From Candidatus Omnitrophota bacterium (GTDB taxonomy: Bacteria; Omnitrophota; Gorgyraeia; Gorgyraeales; Gorgyraeaceae), in assembly GCA_043814965.1 (NCBI GenBank), contig JBDRJN010000015.1:1503-65502 (forward strand): a stretch of DNA of 64,000 nt, in the 5' to 3' direction. Shown in pieces: positions 37,141-47,700 of this stretch. Under the pieces are notes generated by a model. That model was not told the DNA's origin, did not search any database, and was given only the letters and a program-made list of their open reading frames with translations. Position numbers and translations under genes: made by a program. Within the stretch, counting starts at the first letter, position 1, and each line of letters starts with the position of its first letter.

Positions 37141-40100
37141 ATGAGAAACTTTGTAAAGATATCAGGTATTTCAATAATATTTGCTATGGTCATTGCCTTT
37201 GCTATCCCTCAGGTTTTAGGGGAAGGGCCTAGTAAGTGGCCAGTAGAGTTATCCAAAAAGGAGTTCTATAAAGAAGATTATATTACTTTACTCGGCATGT
37301 TTAGTAAGACGATAGAAATAACAAAGACTTATTATGACCCAGGGCCTATCAAGATGGGCGATGTCAGCGGTGATGGTGTAAGTGATATAAGCTTTATAGC
37401 TACTAATAGTACCACTGGATATAACAGTGTATATCTACTCAATAAAGATGGTGTTATTTATGATGGATGGCCTAAAGAACTTGATTGTAATTCTGGAGTT
37501 GCACCAGCGCTTGTAGATCTAGACGAAGATGGTAATATGGAGATTATAGTCAATACAACCTCTGATGGCATAAAGATCTATACGTGGGAATTTGATGGAA
37601 GCCTGGTCAAGAACTTTCCAATAAAAATACCTGGGACTGAAGGTTCTAGCAGTATTGATGAAAAAGGCAGATACTATTTAACCACCACTAGTTATAGTAT
37701 ACCTGCGATAGGAGATGTAGATGGGGATGGCATAGAAGATCTAGTTGTTACAGGGACTACTATAAAGGATTATGGAAATCAGCTAAAAAATGAGACTATA
37801 AATAAGATCTGGGCAGTCAGCCTGGGAAGCGGTCAGATGACATTAAGTGGCTGGCCTGTAACCCTGGAAAAAGGCGAAAACTTACCCTATTGGAATTCTC
37901 CAGCTATAGCTGATATAGATAATGATGGCACAATGGAAGTAATTATAGGTATAAATAGGCCTTGTGGTGATAAGTTAGATAAAGATACATACCGCGTATA
38001 TGTATTTAACTGCGATGGAAAGCCTTTTAATGAGAATTGGCCGAAGGATCTAAAGCTTGATAACATTACTTTAGAAAAGACATTAGGCATTACCTCGGAC
38101 TTTTATAGAAGTAAGGATAGTAAGTTTGGTTTTATGACTTCCCCGGTTGTTGCAGATGTAAACGGGGACAATAAGGAAGAGATAGTTATAGCTGGTTCTT
38201 ATCTAAATTATTTTATAGCGCCTAATGAATTAGGATTGGGCTCAGAATATGACACACCTTTTATAGAAGCTAATTCAATATTGTATGTCATGGACAAAGA
38301 TGCTTTTATACTGGAGGGATGGCCCAGGATAATAGGGACCAGCCTGATACATCAGGCATTCAAATACATTGACCCGTCTATAAGTATAGGTGATGTAGAT
38401 TACGATAGCATTCCTGATATATCTTTACCAGGGTACGATGGCAATATCCATATATTGAATTATATGGCAGATGAGATTCTCAAGATAGAAAGCCTTGATT
38501 TTTATAAAAAATATTTTTATACATTAATAGGCGATATAAATAATGACTTTAAAGTCGATATAGTAGCCCCTGCATTAGAAAATATAATATGCGCTTTTGA
38601 TACAGATGGAAAATACCTTAATGATTTTACGCCTAAAAGGATGGAGGGAGATACTGATTTTGTAAACCCATTGATCGTAGCATGCCCTGCCATAGACAAT
38701 ATAGAGATGAGGGATTATCTCAGTATAATCTCTCCTTCATCTAAAAATAAAAACGTATCTAACTATCCTGCAGGCATAATAAATAAATGGGATGCTGGCG
38801 ATACTGGTTTGATCGGAGATATCAAAGAGACATCTATTATAGATTGGCCCCAGTTTGCATATGACGCCAAGAACACCAACTGGCACTTGTCTAATGAAAA
38901 GACCAACCGCTCCGGGGATGATAAAGATGATAAATTGCAGAAAAAAAATACTATCAGCGGTTATGTGGCGTCTTCTATCCAAGATGACTATGGCAGAAGA
39001 CTGTTTTATTTTGAAGGAGTAAAAGTCCGGGCAATAGTCTGGGATCCTATATTAAAAGTATATGGCCCTATACATTCTGAGGTTTTTACTGGGCCTGATG
39101 GTACATATGAGTTTCCAGAAGAGGACATGGTTCCTGGAACTATTTATTCGATCGTAGCTAATCCTTTGGAAAAGGCGCCTTATCCAAAATTGGAGTATAA
39201 AGAAAAATACGTAGGCGATGTAGTAGAATTTGCGTTTGGCCCGATATATAAACACTCTGATTGTTTTGGCCAGGCCTTTGATAGAGAAACAGGCAAGGCA
39301 CTAGAAGGCGTGACTGTAAAACTAAGGGCAGACTCTGATTTTAAGATCTATTCCGGGGTTTCTAATAATAATGGGTGGTTCTTGATCCAGGGCTTACCTT
39401 ATCTTTCTTTTTATGATGTTTTTGCTTCAAAGAAAGGATATAAAGAAGAACAGAGGGGGCCGATAGATATCAAACAGGATCCTTTTTACAGGATAACAAA
39501 TCCTGACCTTTCTCTTGTCCCTATTCCAAAAGGCAGTATCTCAGGTAAAGTAATGGATGGAGCTATCGGAGTAGAGGGTATGGTTGTTGAAGCTATTGAT
39601 AAAGACGGGGATATATATTCAGATACTACTGATGCATCAGGCGAGTATGAGATAAAAGATCTATTGGAGAATTATAACTATACCGTTACCGTGGGTGAAA
39701 AAGAAGGTTATAAGGGCTCTATCCCTACAAAACATGAAGTAACTGTAGTAGGTAATATCTTAAATATTGATTTTACTCTTCAAAAGACAAGTTATAGCAT
39801 CTCCGGAGTGATATACAATGAAGATGGTTCAAAAAGATTACATCCTAGCACAGTTAAATTAGAAGGTACTTCTGCTAGCGTACTGACCATGGAAGATCCT
39901 GACAAACCAGGAGAGTTTGGATACTATGAAGTCGCAGGCCTGGAAGAAGACGGATATTATATCCTTACTGTTAGTAGTGATGGTTATATACCTGTAAGCC
40001 GAGGCTTTATTGATCTAAGAGAAGATACAAAGTTTGATTTTCATCTTAAAAAGCCCCCTGAAAGATATAATATTACTGTAAATGTGCGGGATGAAAATAA

Positions 40101-40806
40101 TAAACTAGTGCCTCGAGCGCATGTAGGTATAGTGGGGTTTGGTTATGATATAGATGTTGGATATGATGGCATATTGGAGTGGGAAGGATTATTTGGAGGG
40201 GAAAAGACTTTTTGGGCTTCAAAGGATGGGAAATACGGCGAGACCAAGGCTGTGATCGAGGAGAATGGAGTAGTTGTAGATATAGTATTAAAGGAAAATA
40301 GATACTCTCTTTCAGGCATTGTAACTGAAAGAGGCGCTAATATTCCTTTAAAAGATGTAATAATAAAAATAAAACTACCAAATGGCATTGAAAAAGCTGC
40401 AAGGTCAAATTCCAATGGTTATTACCTTATTAAGGACATGCCTAATGGTAAATATATGGCATCGTGTACCAAAGAAAGAGAAGGAGGTATATGGTATCAT
40501 GGGTATAGATTGGAAGTTGTTATTTCAGGGAAGAATAAGACACTGGATCTAACGCTTGCTAAGGGAGAATATCTATATACTGTTACTGGTAGAGTAGTTG
40601 ATGAAGATGGCGACCCTGTAAAAGGCGCTACTGTAAGGCCAGATGGGCTTGGACAGAGGCTTACTACAGATAGATCAGGCGAATATTCATTATTATTGCC
40701 TGCTAAGACATATTTATTTATAGCTGAGCTGAATGGTAAAAGAGGAGAGAGGTCTATCACTGTAAAAGAAGAAAATACCAGAGTGGAAGACATTATTATC
40801 AGATAG
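37141..40806 (+). CDS. Secreted FG-GAP/VCBS beta-propeller protein with carboxypeptidase-regulatory-like repeats
   Basis: Signal peptide; repeated GWP and P.I.D.DGDG..EI motifs; C-terminal ISG.V.D...GV.V...T...G.Y repeats. Confidence 0.85.
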   Translation: MRNFVKISGISIIFAMVIAFAIPQVLGEGPSKWPVELSKKEFYKEDYITLLGMFSKTIEITKTYYDPGPIKMGDVSGDGVSDISFIATNSTTGYNSVYLLNKDGVIYDGWPKELDCNSGVAPALVDLDEDGNMEIIVNTTSDGIKIYTWEFDGSLVKNFPIKIPGTEGSSSIDEKGRYYLTTTSYSIPAIGDVDGDGIEDLVVTGTTIKDYGNQLKNETINKIWAVSLGSGQMTLSGWPVTLEKGENLPYWNSPAIADIDNDGTMEVIIGINRPCGDKLDKDTYRVYVFNCDGKPFNENWPKDLKLDNITLEKTLGITSDFYRSKDSKFGFMTSPVVADVNGDNKEEIVIAGSYLNYFIAPNELGLGSEYDTPFIEANSILYVMDKDAFILEGWPRIIGTSLIHQAFKYIDPSISIGDVDYDSIPDISLPGYDGNIHILNYMADEILKIESLDFYKKYFYTLIGDINNDFKVDIVAPALENIICAFDTDGKYLNDFTPKRMEGDTDFVNPLIVACPAIDNIEMRDYLSIISPSSKNKNVSNYPAGIINKWDAGDTGLIGDIKETSIIDWPQFAYDAKNTNWHLSNEKTNRSGDDKDDKLQKKNTISGYVASSIQDDYGRRLFYFEGVKVRAIVWDPILKVYGPIHSEVFTGPDGTYEFPEEDMVPGTIYSIVANPLEKAPYPKLEYKEKYVGDVVEFAFGPIYKHSDCFGQAFDRETGKALEGVTVKLRADSDFKIYSGVSNNNGWFLIQGLPYLSFYDVFASKKGYKEEQRGPIDIKQDPFYRITNPDLSLVPIPKGSISGKVMDGAIGVEGMVVEAIDKDGDIYSDTTDASGEYEIKDLLENYNYTVTVGEKEGYKGSIPTKHEVTVVGNILNIDFTLQKTSYSISGVIYNEDGSKRLHPSTVKLEGTSASVLTMEDPDKPGEFGYYEVAGLEEDGYYILTVSSDGYIPVSRGFIDLREDTKFDFHLKKPPERYNITVNVRDENNKLVPRAHVGIVGFGYDIDVGYDGILEWEGLFGGEKTFWASKDGKYGETKAVIEENGVVVDIVLKENRYSLSGIVTERGANIPLKDVIIKIKLPNGIEKAARSNSNGYYLIKDMPNGKYMASCTKEREGGIWYHGYRLEVVISGKNKTLDLTLAKGEYLYTVTGRVVDEDGDPVKGATVRPDGLGQRLTTDRSGEYSLLLPAKTYLFIAELNGKRGERSITVKEENTRVEDIIIR

Positions 40807-40828
40807 CACGCTGTGTTATTAAATAACA

Positions 40829-40872
40829 TGTAGCCTTGTAGGGGAGCCTTAAGGCTCCCCTACAAGGCTACA
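40829..40872. repeat. Perfect 44-bp palindrome containing a REP
   Basis: tgtagccttgtaggggagccttaaggctcccctacaaggctaca. Confidence 0.9.
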
Positions 40873-40986
40873 CAGGTTCCCCTACATATTTAGGAGATAA
40901 TAATTAGATTATTATAGTATCAACTAGTTGCAGTTATTAGAGTTACAAAAACTATATAAACTATGCAAAAAAAGTATTTTCTATCC

Positions 40987-41014
40987 TTGAATTTTTAGAA
41001 ATATGTGGCATACT
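40987..41014 (+). promoter_or_regulatory. Putative promoter of the riboswitch leader
   Basis: TTGAAT-16-CATACT with TG extension. Confidence 0.45.
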
Positions 41015-41069
41015 TGAAATAGAGAAATAGGAGGCAGAAACACTGAGACTTTGAAAACTTAATGTTTAA

Positions 41070-41150
41070 CCAGTCAAAGGGCAAACCCAGAGTAATCTGG
41101 GGGCGCAAAGCTACGGGTCCTTGGTTATAAGGATGGCCGAGTTACCAAGG
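41070..41150 (+). ncRNA. c-di-GMP-I (GEMM-I) riboswitch 1
   Basis: GGGCAAACCCAGA-GTAA-TCTGGGGGCGCAAAGCTACGGGTCC...GGATGGCCGAGTTACC matches the class I aptamer pattern; G at the G20-equivalent position. Confidence 0.9.
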
Positions 41151-41152
41151 AT

Positions 41153-41207
41153 AGCCGAGCTAGTTGATTGATGTGAAGGAGGAAGGATCAAATATCTCGG
41201 CTTTTTT
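41153..41207 (+). terminator. Riboswitch 1 expression-platform terminator
   Basis: agccgag/ctcggct then T-tract. Confidence 0.7.
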
Positions 41208-41324
41208 GTTGCTTAAAAAGGAGGCAGCGAAATAATAAGAGGAGGCAGGGTAAGACGCTTTAAGGAGGCACACTTTTTAGTTAATCCTTAAGACAATTGA
41301 ATATTAGGTATTATTTATAATAAT

Positions 41325-41449
41325 ACTTTCAGTAAAAAGGCAAACCCAGAGTAATCTGGGGACGCAAAGCTACGGGTCCTAAATCAGGAAGTAGCTGACA
41401 CTTAAGTGTCAGCTGCAGTTGATTAGGGCAGCCGGGTCGCCAAGAAAGT
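41325..41449 (+). ncRNA. c-di-GMP-I riboswitch 2 (with REP-like insert in the distal stem)
   Basis: P1 actttc/gaaagt; GGCAAACCCAGA-GTAA-TCTGGGGACGCAAAGCTACGGGTCCTAA...GGGCAGCCGGGTCGCC. Confidence 0.9.
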
Positions 41450-41466
41450 TAATTTATTTTTAGGAT

Positions 41467-41503
41467 AGCCGAGCTTACGTTTAATACAAAGCTCGGCTTT
41501 TTT
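41467..41503 (+). terminator. Riboswitch 2 expression-platform terminator
   Basis: agccgagctt/aagctcggct then T-tract. Confidence 0.8.
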
Positions 41504-41551
41504 ATTTAAGTGAGGACGTAAGCTATGGAACGAAGTGAACATAACTTACTG

Positions 41552-41600
41552 TCCGAACTTATCCCGAGCCGCCATGGGTAAGTATGATGCGGCGAGGGAG
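41552..41600 (-). repeat. Reverse-oriented partial copy of the GTCCCTC...CTCGGGAC element
   Basis: Reverse complement ctccctcgccgcatcat...atggcggctcgggataagttcgg matches 34227-34270. Confidence 0.65.
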
Positions 41601-41624
41601 AAATTAGAGAGAAAGGAAAACGCA

Positions 41625-41732
41625 ATGACTAGAGTAATAGGATCCGAACTCATATATAACCCATATCCGATAATAGATGAGAGGCTTTTTCTCATTTTTA
41701 TAATAGTAGCAGGTTTACTAATAGCAGTATAA
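41625..41732 (+). CDS. Putative 35-aa single-pass membrane peptide
   Basis: AAGGA SD, ATG 41625, C-terminal LFLIFIIVAGLLIAV; stop 17 nt before the next start. Confidence 0.4.
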   Translation: MTRVIGSELIYNPYPIIDERLFLIFIIVAGLLIAV

Positions 41733-41749
41733 CCAAAAGGGGGCTCATC

Positions 41750-44700
41750 ATGAAAACGATCATTAAAAACTCAAAAATTTTCACGATCTTTATTGTAACT
41801 GCCATGGCATTTTTGATCATGTCTTCGCATGCTTTTTCGTATGACCCGAATGATCTATTCTGGTATGGGAATGATATGCATCCCCAGCAGAATAAAGACA
41901 ATCTCAATCTCTATCCAGATGATTATACGCCAGAAGGCGAGCCTTGGCGCGAGATTAGTTATGAATACGGCTATTATGACGAAAATCGTGAACGCGACGA
42001 ATATGGTAGGATCGAGGTTGATCAATACGGATTCGGGTATGGCCATGACAATCTACCAGATGATGAACCATGCTATTATCTATGGCCTTTACGAGAAACA
42101 GAAAGACGCGGCCTTAATTGTCCAAAAGCCTGGGACCTTTGGGTCAGAGGCAAAGGTATTGTAACTGCAGTGATTGATTCAGGAGCGTATATAGATCACC
42201 CTGACTTGGTCCAAGCTGATGGGAGATCAGCTATTCTTGAGTACAGGCCAGGTGAGTTTGCAGTAAAGAATTTTATAACCGGCACTACAGATGTAACTGA
42301 CAATCTTGGGCAGGGTACTGCTATAGCAGGGATAATAGCTGCTGGTATGAATAACTGGGGTGCTCAGACTGGTTGTATCGGAGTTGCACCTGAGAGTAAG
42401 CTCATGATATTAAAAGTAATAGATCACCCTACGCTAAACAATGACTTGAATAATACCAAATCACTGGAAGATTTAGTAGAAGAAGCTATTTATTATGCTG
42501 CTGGTAGGAGAGATGATGGATCAGGAGTTCCTCCGGAACATATTGCAGATATTATTAATATCGGAGTCAGAGTTAATCCTACAGTCGGCATTAAAGAGGC
42601 ATTAAAATATGCAAATAGCCTGGGATGTATTATAGTCGCTCCTGCAGGTGGAGATCTAGCAGCTTTAGATGGTGTTATTGGTGTAGGCGCAACCTACCAT
42701 GATGGAACTCATCTTGGAGAGGATAAAAAGACCGGGACCAAAATCCAAGGAGCTAGTGTCTATGCGCCAGGCATAGAAATAGTCTCTTTATGCCCCCCGA
42801 GGGGATCAGGGGAACCAGGAAAACCAACCTTTGATGAACTTGTAAAAGCTTTGCCAAATAGAAGGCAGATCTTTGAATTCCAAAGATATGATTATGGCCA
42901 TTATTTTCACCTTATGCCTTATATTCAAAAAGAAGATGGCCATGCGCTTGCAGCAGCTCACATATCAGGCGTCATAGCGCTAATACAAGAATATAAAGAA
43001 ACGATAGATAAGGGGGATCTATGGGGCGTTGTAAAAAAATACACACCTGAAGAGATAGAGACCCTCTTAAAATTTGCAGCAGTAGAGAAGGGTATCCCTG
43101 ATATTAGAAAGGCTTTAGACCTGGTAGGTTCTAGGGCTGTGATACCGATAGCCAAGATCGTATTGGATAACAAAGGATCGTTTAGAGGGACTATAGATAT
43201 TAAAGGTATATTAAAAGGAAATCCAGGCAGTACTTATGTACTTGAATATGTGAATAATGACCCCTCAAAAGGTGTACAGGGTGTTATAACGGACGGATCC
43301 CTGGCTTCAGAGGAAATAAAGGAGCTTTACCTTGGCAAGCTGGATACTGCAAAATTAGAAGACGGCAGCTATACCTTGAGGTTATATCTACATACAAGTA
43401 TCATGGCCTTAAAAGACGAGGTGGTTATAAATATCAACAATTCTTGTTTGGAAGGTTGGCCTATAGTATTAAAGGGCGCAGAAGGAAATTATATCGGGCT
43501 ATCTGCGCTAGGTTTAGGGTCTCCCACCATAGCTGATCTGAATAATGACAGTAAGAAAGAGGTTATACTAATAGGTAATATAAACGAAAGAGGGATTATT
43601 GATATCAGGGATTATAAAGGCGAGAGGTTTAATTGTATGCCTGAATCAAAGGATGAATACGCATGGAAAGAATACGGGCCCATCACAGCAAGTGACGGAA
43701 GCTCGGATGACAATTTTGGTATATCAGTTTTTATGGATGCTCAATTTGCTGTAGTCGGAGCTCCTAAAGATGGCAGAGGATTGTATTCGGGCTCAGCGTA
43801 TATATTAAGGAATAACTATAGTAGCGGTTGGGCAGAGGAAAAAAAGCTTATTCCAATCGATGGAGCCGGAGGGGACAGGTTTGGCATATCTGTAGCTGGC
43901 GCAAGACTTGTTACAACTGAAAGAGTTATTATAGGAGCCGGTAATTCCGGAGGAAAGGGCGCTGCGTATATATTCAGGAATGATAGTAAAACATGGCCGC
44001 AGGAACGGAAACTTATAGCTCCTAATGGTAGGCCCGGAGACATGTTCGGTAAGTCAGTAGCTATGGACATTACCAATTTTGAATTTAGCATGCTGGGAGA
44101 ACATAATAGATTGAGAGCAGTTGTAGGCGCGCCATGGAGCGAAGGCCGTTCACTGCAAACTGGCTCAGTATATATCTTTGTACGTGATGATTTTATATGG
44201 AACCCTGCACCAGAACAGATATTAACTGCAGAAGATGGAGAGGAGAGGGATGAATTCGGAGAAGCAGTCTCTATGTATGAAGATGTTATCTTGGTAGGCG
44301 CTCCATCTAAGTCAAATGGAAAAGGGGCCGCGTATATATATAGGTATAGTTTAGAGACGCGTAAATGGGAGTATGAACAAAAATTAACAATAACTAATGG
44401 AGAAGACGGAGATAAATTTGGCTGTTCAGTTGCGCTGGAAAAAGATTATGCTGTAATAGGCGCATGGGGCCGTAATAATGATAAGGGAGCTGTATATGTA
44501 TATAAATATGATGCTAATATGAAAACTTGGGGACAGGAACCAGAACAGGTGTTGGAATTAGAAGGCCTTAGTTCCCAGGCTAGATTTGGTAATTCAGTCT
44601 CAATCACTAGAGATCCTAGTGATGAGAATAGAACAAGCGATAGGATAGTGGTAGGGTCTAATTCTATGGAAGGCAAATCTAATTCTGTATATGTTCATAA

Positions 44701-47700
44701 ATATTACGGCAGTAAATGGGAATTAGAAGGAGCTCTTAGGCCAAAGGATAATGAACCTAGTTTTGGTATATATGTTTCGATATATGGCCAGAATATTATT
44801 ACAAGCGCTGTAAATAAAGATGTAAATAAAGGCGCAGCATATATGTTTGGATACTCAAAGAAAGAGCCTGAAGTCAAAGTCTTTGGCTGGCCCAAGATGA
44901 ATCGTTTATTTCATTCCAAAGCATTAGCCTATGATCTGGATAATGACAGTGACCTTGAGATATTGGCAGCGACTGGAGATGAAGCTTATGCATGGAATAT
45001 TGATGGTACAGGAGTGGCTGGGTGGCCTTTTAGGGAAGGAAGGTATCTTTCTCCTATAACTATAAGCGACTTAGATAATGATGAAAGACCTGAGATAATT
45101 ACTGCAGGCGTAGATGAAAATAACATACCTACTATATATGCCTTAAATCCTGATGGTACGCTAAAGGCCAGTATAATGAGAAGAGCTGGTGATACGCTTG
45201 AATTTTATAGTCTAAACACGCCTCCTTCTATAGCTGACTTAGATGGAAAAGGGGCTAAAGAGATAACCACACTTTCTAGCTATAACGGAATTGGTACGCC
45301 GTGTGTACGCGTATTTAGTGAATCAGGTATGTTATGGAAGGATAAGTTTGATATTGCTCCAGCAAACTTTGGGGTAACCGATAATATAGAGGGTGCAGAT
45401 TATATACAGAACTACCTTACGCAATCAATGATAGGCAATGTAGATAATACCAAGGAACTTGAAGTTATAGTAACAGGCTATATTGTTTTTTATAAGACAT
45501 CTTCAAGGTTAGTAGAATATCCTGACCAATACACGGGAGACTTTGTAAGATGCTACAGGCATGATGGCGAGATAAAGTGGACTAGATTCATAGAGAGCGG
45601 TAAAAATAATACAACGCATGATTATAATATCAGTTCTATGGGGGACATTGATGAGGATGGCTGCGCCGATATAGTTTTTATAAGTTCTAACGGAAATATG
45701 TATCTATTAGGAGGAAGCGATGGGAGCGCGATCAAGAAGATCGTACCGAAAAAAGAGACTGACCAATTTCATTCTTCAACAGTTGCGGATTCAAAGATCA
45801 TAGCCGCTACTAAAAATAATGAGATAAAATTATATGATTTCAAGGGGGATCTTATCAAGGTTCTTTCAATGCAACCTGGGACGATAAATGAAGGTATGAT
45901 GCCTTTTAGTTTGAAATCGCCTGCACTTGGAGACCTGGATAATGATAATAAGCTTGATATAGTGGCACCCACTTATAGTCTTGTAGAGGAGTCTTTTGAT
46001 AAGATATATGCCTTTACACTGGAAGAATCAAAATACGACCCTAATACAGTAGAGTGGGGCAGTTACCAGAACGAGGGTAATACTGGGCTCCATAATCAGA
46101 CCAATTATATGGCGCTTAATATTCCTAACAGGACCGTATCCGTAGGGGAAGAGGTAAATATCAATTTCGCGGATCATCTTTCATGTTTTCCAGTTGATAT
46201 GAAGGTCGAGTTTTCAGCAGAGTCGGAGCTTATACCTCCGGGGATTGTCAGCGCGCCAAGCTTTATCTGGACTCCTTTAGAAGAGAATGAGGGTAAGACA
46301 TATCCTGTCATTGCGCGCGCGAAAGAGATCAACGGCAAATTAGGAACAGCCTGTACTTTTAATATAACTGTAAAGACCAATAGGCTTGCTATACATGGAA
46401 TGGTCTATGATGGTTATCTTGTGGGCATAGAAGGAATGGATGTATATTTAAGAGAACTTGACAGTGATGGTAACGTAATAAATTCAAAGAGCACTTATTC
46501 CTGGATAGACGGCAGTTATAAAATGACAAATTTCATAAAACCAGGTAATAAAATACAGGTTAGAGTCCCAGATTTAGTGATAGGAGGAGAGACTATCTAC
46601 ACAGAAGCAACAGTTACTAGAGACATAAATGAGGTTAATTATGTACATAGCATAGATGTATATCTTAAACGCGCAAAAGATGACAAAGGGTATGATATCC
46701 TGTATTCAAACTTGCTTGGGACTGTGGTGGATGAAAGTGGCAAAACTATAGGAGGGGCGACCTGTACTATAAAGCTAGGCAGCAATACAATAACTATATG
46801 TTCTACTAAGAACTCTACATCAAATGTTATGTATTACTGGCGTGACTCTTCAAATAATGTACAGCGTAAGACTGTACCTCAGAATTTCTACATAAGGGGT
46901 CTTAAGCTTGAAACTATGTATAATATCTCGTTCGAAAAAGAAGGATACGAGACAGTTGAGCTTAGCCGCGCCTCAGGCAGGGAAGAATACCAGATGCTTC
47001 TTGCGCCTATAGTAATGAAGCTTGTTTCGGGTAATGATGAAAAAGGCGAGACAACGCAGAGCGAGAAGACACAGCGCATAACAGGTGATATTAAGGGATA
47101 TGCAAAATCTTTTATTCAGGCACAAGAGTTTACGCCATCATTTTTCCCTATATCAGGGATCAAGATGCGAGCAGTTAAATGCCGCTATAATAAGGAAGTA
47201 AAAGAAGAAGATGCATATAGCGAAATAACCACAACGGATGAGAAGGGTTTTTATAAATTTGAAGGCTTGGTTTGGGATCAAGTATTAAATAACGACGAGA
47301 CAGTAAACAAAGGGAAAAGCGATTGGTACCTTATTACAGCTAATTATGACAGAGATAACAAGGTTTATCCAGAATATAATTCTGTTACATTAGATGCGTC
47401 CGGAGGAGTTCAGTTAGGCAGTAAGATAACAGAACCATTGCTACCAAATGAAACACAAGATTTTTCATTTAAGCCAATAGACGATGGTAATAATCAATAT
47501 TTTGTTTGTTTTGGCAGAGTTTTAGATTCTACAACAGGAGCTGACGGCCTGGGTTTAGCTAATATAACATTTAAGGTTAATGGATTGCAGGGTGCCACGA
47601 GTTATTCTGCGACGACATTTACATATACTAAAGAATCAGACTATAGAAACCAGTACAAAATACAAGGATGGTTTTTTATACCAGCAGTACCTGTTGTTAA

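Noticed and set aside
41297-41321. Separate promoter for riboswitch 2 (TTGAAT...TATAAT)
   Set aside because: Spacer is only 13 bp
41070-41449. Riboswitches as the 3',3'-cGAMP-sensing GEMM-Ib variant
   Set aside because: Both have G, not A, at the G20-equivalent position before GCAAAC
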